Shown here: piece after piece, positions 41,363 through 51,267 of the stretch
Layout of the letters: each line of letters opens with the position of its first letter
How positions within the stretch are numbered: position 1 is the first letter of the stretch
Source of the DNA: an uncultured bacterium
GTDB lineage: Bacteria; Babelota; Babeliae; Babelales; JABCYS01
Length of the DNA stretch: 64,000 bases
Assembly: GCA_963705705.1 (NCBI GenBank)
Contig: CAVPKK010000004.1
Span: 24,112 to 88,111 of the forward strand
Reading direction: 5' to 3'
Translations under genes and position numbers: made by a program
Notes under the pieces: model-generated
The model's input: only the letters and a program-made list of their open reading frames with translations
Told to the model about the DNA's origin: nothing
The model's database searches: none

Positions 41363-41440
41363 GGCCTTAATGCCAGTTGGCCAAAATCAATTCAAGAGTT
41401 AAATTTGTGAGCTATTGGATATAGAAACTAAAGGAGAAAA

Positions 41441-41962
41441 ATGAAGCCAAAACGAATTATGATCTTCGGCCGGCCAGGAAGTGGCAAAACAACCTTTGCG
41501 CTTGAACTTGGCAAACGTTTACATCTGCCGGTGTTCCATCTTGATAAATATGCGTGGCAGGCCAACTGGGTTGAACGGCCAAATGCCGAATTCATGGAAT
41601 TACAATATGAACTGGTCCAGAAACCGGAATGGATTATTGATGGCAATCATCCCTGGAGTTTTGATGTTCGTTATAGCAAAGCTGATATAGCCATCTATTT
41701 TGATTACTCGCGCTCTGTTTGCCTATTGCGTTTGCTCAAGCGCTATTTATCTAAAAATCGAACCATTGACGATCGGGCTGAAGGCTGCGGTGAAAAAATC
41801 AGTATGATGCTTTTGCGCTATATGTGGCATTTCCAGAAATATGTAGATGCGCGAATCCCTACGCTCGAGACCTTGTTTCCCCAAGTGAAATATTACGTTG
41901 TGCATAATGACCGGGAAGCAGATGCATTACTTAAAAAGCTTACCGTCGAAGATGAAAATTAA
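41441..41962 (+). CDS. adenylate-kinase-fold P-loop NTPase (topology modulation protein FlaR-like)
   Basis: 173 aa, AGGAG RBS. IMIFGRPGSGKTTFALELGKRLHLPVFHLDKY and EWIIDGN. Confidence 0.75.
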   Translation: MKPKRIMIFGRPGSGKTTFALELGKRLHLPVFHLDKYAWQANWVERPNAEFMELQYELVQKPEWIIDGNHPWSFDVRYSKADIAIYFDYSRSVCLLRLLKRYLSKNRTIDDRAEGCGEKISMMLLRYMWHFQKYVDARIPTLETLFPQVKYYVVHNDREADALLKKLTVEDEN

Positions 41963-42293
41963 TAAAAAATAATTATTTCTCAGCAGTGCCATAAAAAAAG
42001 GCCCTCAGAAATCGAATTCAATTGATTTTCGCAAATAAGGTAATAGCTTTATTCATGGAAATACCTATTTTTCAACCAATTCGATGGTAGATATATTGCT
42101 GCTGAATCGCTCTTTTTTTTAATTCTTCGCTTTATTAAAAATTGCTCTGCCTGTAACATTTTGGACAGCAATAGGCGCATCCATTGGACAAAGAGAGCCA
42201 ATTTCATGTATTTTTAACTAAAATTACATAGGCGAGCCCAAAATTCTGCAAAATCGCTGGACTCTTTTTTTGAATGAACAGCCAAGAAATTTA

Positions 42294-42872
42294 ATGATAC
42301 ATATGAGCCAAAGAACAATCCTCTCCCCATCAATTCCCATCGAAGATTTCCGCAGCTTCTATTGGCTCAAAAAAGAGCTTCAGAATTTTTGTAGCAAGCA
42401 GGGATTATCAACGTCTGGCAGTAAGCACGAACTACAGAACGGAATTGAGCAATTTTTGAATAGCGGCACGATAGAAAAATCGAACCATAAAGTGCGTCAA
42501 TCTATATCTTCGGAAGAAGAGTTGTCACTTGATACTACTGTACCTCAAGGTTTTACTTGCACACGCAAAGCTCGCGACTTTTTAATTGAACATGCCGGCA
42601 GAAAATTTAAATATACTGTAGCCCTGCAACGCTATATTAAAACAAACCCAGGAATAACATTTCGGCAGCTCATTGATGAATGGAAGCGCCAAGCTAATCT
42701 AAAAAAAGCGGGATTAAAAACTAAAATAGGCAGCCAGTTCGAATATAATCAGTTCACCCGCGATTTTTTTGCCGATCACCGCAATAAAGGCAAATCTCGG
42801 GAAGAATATATTGCGGCATGGTATGCTGTGCGCAGCTCCCGCGGGCCACGAAAACATCTGCCAAAAGATTGA
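42294..42872 (+). CDS. SAP-domain-containing protein
   Basis: WLKKELQNFCSKQGLSTSGSKHELQNGIEQFL matches the SAP helix-extended-helix motif. The start is uncertain (TTG 42270, ATG 42294 or 42303). Confidence 0.55.
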   Translation: MIHMSQRTILSPSIPIEDFRSFYWLKKELQNFCSKQGLSTSGSKHELQNGIEQFLNSGTIEKSNHKVRQSISSEEELSLDTTVPQGFTCTRKARDFLIEHAGRKFKYTVALQRYIKTNPGITFRQLIDEWKRQANLKKAGLKTKIGSQFEYNQFTRDFFADHRNKGKSREEYIAAWYAVRSSRGPRKHLPKD

Positions 42873-42965
42873 GTGGTATGCACCCAAACATGCCGTACTA
42901 TCCGGTGCGCAATGATAATGAAGCCGATAATTTGATAAAACAATTTTACGATCTAAAGAAACATA

Positions 42966-43367
42966 ATGAAAAAGATACGATTTAAAGCTGAAAAATTAAT
43001 ACGCGATAAAATGCCTAACAACCTGCGTAACAAAGGCATCATCGCAGGCACGAAAGATTTATCGCACCAAGAATATTTGGCGCTGCTCAAAGAAAAACTG
43101 GTTGAAGAGGCCAAGGAAGTATACGAAAGCAAGGACAGCGCCGAGCTCATTGAGGAAATAGCTGACGTATTGGAAGTCATTTATACCCTCGCAAAAGCGC
43201 ACACGATTGATATGGAACAAATCGAAGGAGTCCGTTTGCAAAAATATGCAAAACGCGGCGGTTTTGAAAACAAAACTTATTGCACAATATTTGAAATGGA
43301 TGAATCTCATCCTGATATTGGCTATTATTTGGGCAAGCCGGAAATATATCCTCAGATAAGCGAATAA
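42966..43367 (+). CDS. MazG-like nucleotide pyrophosphohydrolase superfamily protein
   Basis: 133 aa. LIRDKMP...LKEKLVEEAKEV...ELIEEIADVLEVIYTLA (EExxE/D helix pair). Confidence 0.6.
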   Translation: MKKIRFKAEKLIRDKMPNNLRNKGIIAGTKDLSHQEYLALLKEKLVEEAKEVYESKDSAELIEEIADVLEVIYTLAKAHTIDMEQIEGVRLQKYAKRGGFENKTYCTIFEMDESHPDIGYYLGKPEIYPQISE

Positions 43368-43507
43368 TGGTAGACAAATCATGCAACATCAATCGCAAAG
43401 CATTCTCTCTCATCCAATTTCAGTCTGGTCAAAAGTTTGCTGGAGTCGCTGCATGCAAGCTGTTTAAAGTTTTTTACGGCGCCTAGCCGACATTGAGAAA
43501 ATAAGGA

Positions 43508-45496
43508 ATGAAAAATTTTACCTTTTTAGCATTAGCTACAACCACAGTCGTACTAATGGTAGTGATCAAACATATGGAAATAAAAAAAGACCAACCCTAC
43601 GGCTCTTGGCAATCGCCAATTACAGCCGATAACGTTGCCCAGGATGTAATAGCTTTTAAAGAAGCTTACCTTGCTAATGGCATTATCTATTGGTTAGAAA
43701 GCCGGCCACTAGAAAATGGGCGTACCGTTTTAATGTCATTCGACAAAGAAAAAGGAACGCATGAGCTTTTACCCAAAGATTACGGCGTGCGAAGCGGCGT
43801 TCATGGTTATGGCGGAGGTGCACTTCTTATAGTGAAGATTGATCGCGAAAATCAGATTTATTTTGTTCGCGATTCAGATCAGCAAATATATTTGCTAGAT
43901 AATAAACATGAGATACGCAAAATCACCTCATATCCTCAAGCGCGCTTTGCAGATGGATGTATACACCCAGACAAAAAATCTCTTTTTTATGTGATGGAAG
44001 AGCATATAAATAATAAGGTGCTTAACTCAATAGTTAAAACAGATATCGCGACCGGATCCGTCGATAAAATTGCGGACGGGAATGATTTTTATGCTCAACC
44101 GCGCATAAACCCCAATGGGTCGAAGCTCGTTTATACTACCTGGAACCACCCCAATATGTCGTGGGATGGCTGCGAACTTTGGGAAATTGATCTTGCTACC
44201 GGCGCCAAGAAATTACTCGGCGGAAATGAACAATCCGTGGTAGATCCGCAATGGTCGGCAGATGGGAAGCTCCACTTCGTTTCCGATAAAACAGGTTGGT
44301 GGAATATCTATCGCAACGCGGATGAAAAACCGCTCTTAGGCCAAGAAGCTGAGTATGCATTGCCTGGCTTTTTCTTTGGCAGATCGCTCTATGGATTTTC
44401 AGGAGACAGTATTGTCGCAAGCAATATCATCAAGGGTGTACATTATTTTGTAAGGATCCTTGGCAATGGCTCAATTGAAAAAATCGATTTGCCATTTACC
44501 AGCGTACGAACCCTGTCGGTTGAAGATAACCATATGGTACTCATTGCGGGCTCACCACATCAGCCAATGGGCATAATGTTGGTCAATCTCCAAGACCAAT
44601 CGCATCGCGTTATTGCTTCATCTTGTAAGTTATCGCTGGACCCACAACTCATATCTGAACCACAGCTTCTTGAATTTTCGACTTCAGATAATCAGCAAGC
44701 TTATGCATTCTATTACGCACCCAAAAACCCGAAATATCAGGGAATAAGTGGCGAAAAACCGCCGCTTTTAGTTCGCGCACATGGTGGCCCGACGGCGCAA
44801 TTTCCTCTTTGCTTGTCTCTGGATATTGCTTATTGGACTTCGCGCGGCTTTGCCTTAGTTGATGTGAATTATCGCGGAAGCACCGGATATGGCCGGGCTT
44901 ATCGCAATAGCTTGCGCGAAAAATGGGGGTTGTATGATGTAGATGATTGCGTCAATGCAGCAAATTATTGTGTTGAACAAGGTTTAGCCGATAAAAATCG
45001 CTTAGCCATTGAAGGCGGCAGTGCCGGCGGTTTCACCACCTTAGCCGCTTTAGCAACTCGAAATGTCTTTCAAGTTGGTGCTAACTATTATGGTGTGAGC
45101 AACCTTGAAAAGCTCGTGTTGGAAACTCATAAATTTCAGTCGCATTATCTATTCGGCCTTATTGGCAAATATCCAAATGCACGCCATGTGTATTTAGAAC
45201 GATCGCCCCTTTTTCAGGTAGATGCCATCAAGAAACCAGTAATCATCTTCCAAGGCGAAAAAGATACTATTGTGCCACCTTCGCAATCGGATGTGATTTA
45301 CCATAGCCTTGTTGAAAGAGGGATACCTACTGCATATATCCTCTATAAAGATGAAGGGCATGTATTTAGCAAAGCACCGAATATTAAAAATGCGTTGGAA
45401 GCGCAACGGTACTTCTTTTCGACAATTTTAAAGATACCAATTCAAGAAAATATACCGCACATTGATATAACTAATTTTGATAAAATGGCTCAGTAG
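43508..45496 (+). CDS. S9 family serine peptidase (prolyl oligopeptidase / acylaminoacyl-peptidase type)
   Basis: 662 aa. N-terminal TM or signal, a beta-propeller-like region, and a catalytic domain with IEGGSAGGFTT (GxSxGG), a downstream GEKDTIVP and DEGH. Confidence 0.85.
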   Translation: MKNFTFLALATTTVVLMVVIKHMEIKKDQPYGSWQSPITADNVAQDVIAFKEAYLANGIIYWLESRPLENGRTVLMSFDKEKGTHELLPKDYGVRSGVHGYGGGALLIVKIDRENQIYFVRDSDQQIYLLDNKHEIRKITSYPQARFADGCIHPDKKSLFYVMEEHINNKVLNSIVKTDIATGSVDKIADGNDFYAQPRINPNGSKLVYTTWNHPNMSWDGCELWEIDLATGAKKLLGGNEQSVVDPQWSADGKLHFVSDKTGWWNIYRNADEKPLLGQEAEYALPGFFFGRSLYGFSGDSIVASNIIKGVHYFVRILGNGSIEKIDLPFTSVRTLSVEDNHMVLIAGSPHQPMGIMLVNLQDQSHRVIASSCKLSLDPQLISEPQLLEFSTSDNQQAYAFYYAPKNPKYQGISGEKPPLLVRAHGGPTAQFPLCLSLDIAYWTSRGFALVDVNYRGSTGYGRAYRNSLREKWGLYDVDDCVNAANYCVEQGLADKNRLAIEGGSAGGFTTLAALATRNVFQVGANYYGVSNLEKLVLETHKFQSHYLFGLIGKYPNARHVYLERSPLFQVDAIKKPVIIFQGEKDTIVPPSQSDVIYHSLVERGIPTAYILYKDEGHVFSKAPNIKNALEAQRYFFSTILKIPIQENIPHIDITNFDKMAQ

Positions 45497-45562
45497 CATG
45501 AGATTTCGAAACTTTCTTCTAAGAAGATCTAGCTGCAGCCCGATACCAAAATAGGAACATTT

Positions 45563-46105
45563 GTGAACGAGCAATTGGAATATACCATTCGAAAAGGCAC
45601 ATCCGAGGATTTTCTTCCACTTAAAGAACTTTACCAAAAAGTGGCGGCGATACCTGGCGGCTTAGCAAGAAGCCGTGATGAAATTACCGATACTTATATC
45701 CATACAAATTTAACAAATGCATTACATACCGGCCTCATTTTTGTAGCCGAATATCACGGGAAACTTATCGGCTCAATATTGGCTTGGAAGCTTGAACAAA
45801 AAGTGTTTGCTCATGTGCTTTCACAAACCAGCATCCTGGTAGATCCTGATTTTCAAGGCAAAGGCATTGGTTCAAAACTTATTGCTACAATGTTGGATGA
45901 GATCAAACAACACAAGCCAGATATTTTGCGTGTTGAATTAATGGCTCGTGAATCCAATCCAGCAATCAAACTCTATGAGCGAATGGGCTTCAGGCACGAG
46001 GGCGCCTTTGAGAAAAGAATTCTTGGCATCACTGGCACCTTCGAAGCCGATATACCCATGGCGTGGTTCAATCCAAACTTCGATGCAACAGCTATCCGAA
46101 AGTAG
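45563..46105 (+). CDS. GNAT N-acetyltransferase
   Basis: 180 aa, GTG start. VDPDFQGKGIGSKLI (motif A) and YERMGFRHEG. Confidence 0.8.
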   Translation: MNEQLEYTIRKGTSEDFLPLKELYQKVAAIPGGLARSRDEITDTYIHTNLTNALHTGLIFVAEYHGKLIGSILAWKLEQKVFAHVLSQTSILVDPDFQGKGIGSKLIATMLDEIKQHKPDILRVELMARESNPAIKLYERMGFRHEGAFEKRILGITGTFEADIPMAWFNPNFDATAIRK

Positions 46106-46114
46106 AGAATTTCC

Positions 46115-46609
46115 ATGATGCCAATTCGCAATGCGGTACGTGTACTGCTATTAAATGGTGATAAATTACTTTTAATGTGCATCGAAGATTTTGATATTAG
46201 CGCTCCAAATAGCAAACCAAACAAACGATTTTGGTGCACAATCGGCGGCGGTATTGAATCAGGCGAATCGATTCAAGAAGCGGCTATGCGCGAAATTTAT
46301 GAGGAAACTAGCCTAAGCTCCGAGAACATAGAACTTGGGCCTATTGTATGGCAAAGCGATCTCAATCTAATGCTTCGCGGCACATTAACGCGTTTTAAAG
46401 AAGTATACGTTGTGGCCAAAACCAGCACCCATAATGTAAGCCTCCATCAGCCAACGCAGGCCGAACTAGACATCGTCAAAGAGCTGAAGTGGTTCACACT
46501 GGAAGAGATTAAACAATGCCCGGATGTCATTTTCCCAACTTCACTGCCGCAGCATTTACCTGATATATTGGCCGGAATTTATTCCGAAGAACCAATTCTA
46601 ATTAAATAA
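46115..46609 (+). CDS. NUDIX hydrolase
   Basis: 164 aa. Nudix box GGGIESGESIQEAAMREIYEETSL. Confidence 0.85.
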   Translation: MMPIRNAVRVLLLNGDKLLLMCIEDFDISAPNSKPNKRFWCTIGGGIESGESIQEAAMREIYEETSLSSENIELGPIVWQSDLNLMLRGTLTRFKEVYVVAKTSTHNVSLHQPTQAELDIVKELKWFTLEEIKQCPDVIFPTSLPQHLPDILAGIYSEEPILIK

Positions 46610-46805
46610 GTATGGTGCATCGAAATCAGACTTATCGATGATTCGGCATCGCCTGCCATGAGACAACCTGAAATCTTTATACAATAATGCTTGATTCTGT
46701 CATTGGGTATTTGCGCGGTTACCCATATGTTGCTACCATCGATATAATCATCTAGTAACTCCACTGAATAAACCTACCTCAGCATCTTGTTTAAAGGATT
46801 AACAT

Positions 46806-47273
46806 ATGGCCAATAAGCACCAAAACGAAAAAAATATTCCTCTCAATCAAATACAAGAAGTGCCAACCGAAGAGCTACAAATTGACGCTGAGTATGCGGC
46901 ATTTGAGGAAGCGCTTAAAGAGGAAGCTCGCCGAATAGCTCGTGAAAATCCTGAAATGTCCATGGATGAGGATACACTCGATTCAGTAACGAATGCCGTC
47001 ATGTTAGAAATCATGCTCACAGAAAATCCAGAATTAACAGTGGCAGACATTCCGGAATTACACTATTTAGCAACTGAATGGATTAACGATCCGCTGGAGG
47101 AACTTGGAGGGCTTACGCCACTTGAGGCAGTAAAAAATGATGAGTATCGTGATACGGTAGATATGCTATTGGTCGAAATGGACAATAGCCCAAGCGAGAA
47201 AGTCCAAAAGCTAATGGATCCCATCGTAGCAGATCTACGCACTCAGCTTGGCTTACTTAATACAGAAGAGTAA
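46806..47273 (+). CDS. hypothetical acidic protein
   Basis: 155 aa, AAGGA RBS. Strongly acidic with no signal peptide. GGLTPLEAV resembles the helical motif of YecA/SEC-C-associated domains (weak). Confidence 0.45.
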   Translation: MANKHQNEKNIPLNQIQEVPTEELQIDAEYAAFEEALKEEARRIARENPEMSMDEDTLDSVTNAVMLEIMLTENPELTVADIPELHYLATEWINDPLEELGGLTPLEAVKNDEYRDTVDMLLVEMDNSPSEKVQKLMDPIVADLRTQLGLLNTEE

Positions 47274-47337
47274 CCAACCCGAGGCAGAGTAGTAAGAGAC
47301 ATGATTTGTTGCAGAAAGTACAGAGTAACAAAATTGT

Positions 47338-47892
47338 ATGAATATTATCACCATTGACCAACATCTAACCCTCGAGCCTCTAACAATGCATTATGCGCCT
47401 GCTATCTTTAATCTGGTTGAAAAAAATCGCTCATATCTGAGAGCATGGCTTCCCTGGCTGGATCATTCAAAAACTGTCCAGGACACCGAATTCTTCATTC
47501 GACAAGATTTGGAACAGCGTGCAAAGAACCAATCAATGACATTCGTTGTTTGCCTTGATAGAAACCCATTAGGCATGGTTGGGTTTAAAGATATCAGCAT
47601 GGAAAATCGTCGTGCCAAAATTGGCTATTGGCTTACTGAAGATTCTCAGGGCAAAGGCATCATGACCGTAGCCGTACGAGCCTTACTGAATTATGGCTTC
47701 GAAGACCTTAAGCTCAATAAAATTGAGATCGAGGCCGCCGTTGGCAACAACAAAAGTAATGCTATTCCCGAACGTCTTGGCTTCTTAAAAGAAGGTGTAA
47801 TCCGAGATGGCGAATGGCTCTATGATCATTTTGTTGATTTAGCTGTATACGGCATGCGGGCGGCAGAATGGGAACGCACAACTAAGAATTAA
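47338..47892 (+). CDS. GNAT N-acetyltransferase, RimJ/RimL (ribosomal-protein acetyltransferase) type
   Basis: 184 aa. LTLEPL...YLRAWLPW, IGYWLTEDSQGKGIMT, and NKSNAIPERLGF. Confidence 0.85.
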   Translation: MNIITIDQHLTLEPLTMHYAPAIFNLVEKNRSYLRAWLPWLDHSKTVQDTEFFIRQDLEQRAKNQSMTFVVCLDRNPLGMVGFKDISMENRRAKIGYWLTEDSQGKGIMTVAVRALLNYGFEDLKLNKIEIEAAVGNNKSNAIPERLGFLKEGVIRDGEWLYDHFVDLAVYGMRAAEWERTTKN

Positions 47893-48153
47893 GTGGAGAC
47901 CAGCTTTCTACAATTCTTTTAACTGCCCACTGGATGCCCTTGAACAAGGTAAAGCAGCGCGTGGCACATCGCCAAAGGGCCATGCACGTAGCCACTATCC
48001 CACGGTATATGGCAATAATAAATATGATCTACGGGTAAACTCAGATCGCAGTACCGCACAAGAAATAGCGCAACAGTTACAAGCTTTGGTTAAATGAAAT
48101 TAAGATTTTGTTAAAATGGATGCCTAATATATCAACTAAGGGAGACCCTAATA

Positions 48154-49125
48154 ATGTTTAAGTTTATCATTGCACTATCTGCACTCACCCTACTCACCAC
48201 CATACAAGCTTCGCAGCTATCAAGCTCAATAAGCTCATCTCGAGGCATTGGTTATAAAGCATATGTAGATCAACAGGCCATTCGGCCAGGCCAAGTGCGC
48301 ATAGCAAAAGCAGGCGTTAAACAAAAAATTGAGGAGGCCGTTGAAAAAGGGTATGTGCGAAGCAACGATCAAAGTTTTAGTGATATCCAGTTCGATAATG
48401 GATCAAGTATAATCCCGGAATCTAATGCCCTGCCTGTCGTACTCGTTAACATTGATGGTAAAGATTGGATGATATTACTAGACGGTCACCATGATTTTTT
48501 GGCCAACAAAGCAGTCGGTGGCAAAACGGTACCTATTGAAATTAAGGATAGAATACGCAACGAACATGATGTCTGGAGTTTTTTGAAAACAAAAGGCTAT
48601 GTTTATACCCAATCTCTTGATGGCAAGGATGCCAAACAATTACCAGCATCATTCGATCAGTTAGAAGATGATCCATATCGCTACTTTGTGAAGTTAGCTA
48701 TGTGGGAGGCCAAAACTCCACAGACACCATTTGAGCAGTCCAAGCCAGGAACTAAAGGTTTAACCAATCCACTGGCCGTCAAATGGAAAGATAAAAAATT
48801 TAATGGCTGGCATGTTGAATACGAAAAATCAAAATATGCGACCATTAATCTGCCTTTTGTAGAATTTGCCGTTGCTGATTTGTTATATAAATACGCCAAG
48901 CAATTTGGTTTCGATTACAAAGCAGGCGACGAAAAAGATCTTAAGACCTTCCAAGAAATGGTAGAAAAAGCACGTGCCATTATTGTACGACATGGTCATG
49001 AAGATTATAGGATCTGCAGTTTTAATGTGATACAAAGTCGGCAGATTGCGGAAACTTTAATAAAAGAAAAAACAATCTGCAGCTATGTTGCGCCGTACAT
49101 TTCCGCCGAAATTTCTAAGTCTTAA
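48154..49125 (+). CDS. secreted ParB-like nuclease domain protein (ParBc_2-like)
   Basis: 323 aa, AGGGAG RBS, signal peptide. IRPGQVRIAKAGVKQKIEE and ILLDGHHDFLA resemble the ParB/Srx-fold motifs (xRPTQ..., DGHHR). Confidence 0.45.
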   Translation: MFKFIIALSALTLLTTIQASQLSSSISSSRGIGYKAYVDQQAIRPGQVRIAKAGVKQKIEEAVEKGYVRSNDQSFSDIQFDNGSSIIPESNALPVVLVNIDGKDWMILLDGHHDFLANKAVGGKTVPIEIKDRIRNEHDVWSFLKTKGYVYTQSLDGKDAKQLPASFDQLEDDPYRYFVKLAMWEAKTPQTPFEQSKPGTKGLTNPLAVKWKDKKFNGWHVEYEKSKYATINLPFVEFAVADLLYKYAKQFGFDYKAGDEKDLKTFQEMVEKARAIIVRHGHEDYRICSFNVIQSRQIAETLIKEKTICSYVAPYISAEISKS

Positions 49126-49153
49126 TGCCACGATACTGTGTGTATAAAATAGG

Positions 49154-49681
49154 TTAATCTGCCTTACAGGCATCACCATGATGGCAACATTTGTCGCCAC
49201 AGGTTTCGCATTCTTCTTCTTTTTGGCCTCTGGTCCAAATATGCTCATCTGGCATCTCATGGAAAAGTTCCAAATATTTTTCTGCGAAATCATCGTAGGC
49301 AATCTTTGCCTGCTCAGGATCTAATTTTTTATTTACATGATCACGTGGATCGTGATGAATGAATCGGCCGGCAAAATGCTCGCAAAAACTTTGATACTCT
49401 TGGGTAAAGAGCAAAAATGTGTGCCAAAAATCATCTACTTCCTTACTAAACATGGGGAATTTACTTGCGGGATAAAGAGCACACAAGGTTAGATATCGCC
49501 TTAATTCTTGTTCATGCTTTTTTGCCGTTTGGCATGGTACATTATAATCCTTTTTATAACGCTCAATTACACGATCCATTGAAAAGCCTTGAACAGCTTT
49601 TACAACAGCCATGGGTTGTCGGTGAGCAGCCGCATGCATTGATGTAATCACCAGAAAAGATGCAAGAATTGATTTCTTCAT
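49154..49681 (-). CDS. secreted protein, glycine-rich-domain-protein (GRDP)-like core with Cys/His-rich tail
   Basis: 175 aa, signal peptide. VDDFWHTFLLFTQEYQSFCEHFAGRFIHHDP resembles the W-H-x-H/F...Y..FC...HH motif of GRDP-like proteins. C-terminus CETCGDKCCHHGDACK. Confidence 0.4.
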   Translation of the reverse strand: MKKSILASFLVITSMHAAAHRQPMAVVKAVQGFSMDRVIERYKKDYNVPCQTAKKHEQELRRYLTLCALYPASKFPMFSKEVDDFWHTFLLFTQEYQSFCEHFAGRFIHHDPRDHVNKKLDPEQAKIAYDDFAEKYLELFHEMPDEHIWTRGQKEEECETCGDKCCHHGDACKAD

Positions 49682-49840
49682 ACCTAAACCCTTCGATTCG
49701 AATATTTAATTAAATTAAACAGACTAAATCAATCTATAAGAAGGTATTGCCTTGTCAATGCGCCTGGAATCTCACCCCTGCATCAAGCATCTAAAACAAA
49801 CCCCTCGATTTTAACCATGGAACCATTGCTAAAATCTTTT

Positions 49841-50899
49841 TCAATAAGCTTGGTGGTGTACTGGTTTTGGTGCTGGATTATGCTGTGGTTTTGGCGGCGG
49901 ATTATGTGCTGGTGCATGTGATTTTGGAGGTGCTGGACTATGTGTTTGATGGTGTACTTCCGGTGCACGTACGGCAGACGCCTTTGGAGGTGCGCCGGCC
50001 AGTGGGGCCGCGTGATGTACTTCTGCTGCATGTGCGACAGGTGGCTTTGGTTGTGCGCCTGTTTTCAGAACCGTCCCGCCAGTTTTACCAGGAACTGATA
50101 CAGCAGGTGCTCCAGTTTTGCCCGAACTTGTTGCAGTTGGCTTTGTCGTTGCTGTGACCGCCTTCTGAGCTTCCCCAGCCTTAACAACTGATGGTGCTGC
50201 TGCTTCCTTCTTTCCAGCTTTACTAGCTGGCGATGCAGCTACTTTCGAATGCGCAAGTGATGCCTCATATGCCTTTCTTCCAGTTGTATTAGGTTTTAAT
50301 GCTTGTGGTGCTTTTTTCGATATTTGTTCAGCCGCAGCCATCGCTTGCTTGGCATTTGGTATCTGTTTTTCTAGAGTTGCCAAGTTCTTTGCATAGGACT
50401 CGGTATTTTTTTTCTCATGCACAGCCATTTCCTCTAATGCCTTTTTTTGAGCCGGATTTTTTGCTGCCTTAGCTGCTTGCTCTAGTTGTGATGCATATAG
50501 TTTATGGTTGTTATATTCATTTCTTGCAAGTAGTGCGTCATAAGGCTTTAACTCTGCAGGAGTAGGTTGCCTCCCAAATTTAACTGGTAATGCTGCTATC
50601 TCTGCCTTAGTCGGTTGCCTACCTAATTTAGTCGCAAGTGCTTTTATCTCTGCTTTAGTCGGGGGCCTAGGTAATGTTGCTGATAATGCAGCTTCCGCGT
50701 TTATCTTAGCTGTATACTCGGCCACGGAATTATCATAATGCAACTCATGCATCTGATCTGGAGTCATAGCTAGAAGCTCAGCAATTGAAACTGATTTTGG
50801 TACTATTGCTCCCTGTGCCGGAGGTGGATTTGGTTGTGTGCGGCTAGCTTCAAGTGCCAGGCCAAATACCGTTGCAAATATTATCAGTAGATTTTTCAT
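49841..50899 (-). CDS. secreted repeat protein with Ala/Lys-rich middle and His/Pro-rich C-terminus
   Basis: 352 aa, signal peptide. Three 15-aa tandem units (PRPPTKAEIKALATKL / GRQPTKAEIAALPVKF / GRQPTPAELKPY). C-terminal tail HHQTHSPAPPKSHAPAHNPPPKPQHNPAPKPVHH. Confidence 0.6.
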   Translation of the reverse strand: MKNLLIIFATVFGLALEASRTQPNPPPAQGAIVPKSVSIAELLAMTPDQMHELHYDNSVAEYTAKINAEAALSATLPRPPTKAEIKALATKLGRQPTKAEIAALPVKFGRQPTPAELKPYDALLARNEYNNHKLYASQLEQAAKAAKNPAQKKALEEMAVHEKKNTESYAKNLATLEKQIPNAKQAMAAAEQISKKAPQALKPNTTGRKAYEASLAHSKVAASPASKAGKKEAAAPSVVKAGEAQKAVTATTKPTATSSGKTGAPAVSVPGKTGGTVLKTGAQPKPPVAHAAEVHHAAPLAGAPPKASAVRAPEVHHQTHSPAPPKSHAPAHNPPPKPQHNPAPKPVHHQAY

Positions 50900-51267
50900 A
50901 AGCTGTCCTTGACCAAAGGGTTCCCATAGTATCTATCATTACTAACGTACTTGATGCAACTTAAAAATTTCAACAGTTGGCCTAAAGCTAACCATAAACC
51001 CCGAGGACAAGGGCTACACTATTGGTTGCGAAAAGTTGATCGTCCTCTGCCGTATGTTTAATGTTAATTACCAACCATGCTCTGAATAATGATTATTCTG
51101 CTGAATTTGTTGTATGGCATGCAAATGAGCCGAAATTATATTTTGAGGAAGATCAGATAGCGGAAACCAGTGCAGACATTATAGGTCGCCTGTCGCTTTG
51201 ACAGGTGGCTGATGACCTATAAACTGATTTATAGTACCAAATATGTCTCTGAATATCCGCTTAGTTA

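Noticed and set aside
51190-51240. TTGACA ... TATAAA promoter-like hexamers upstream of the hemerythrin gene
   Set aside because: The spacer between the hexamers is only about 14 nt, which is too short for a sigma-70-type promoter. No better-spaced pair was evident, so no promoter is called.
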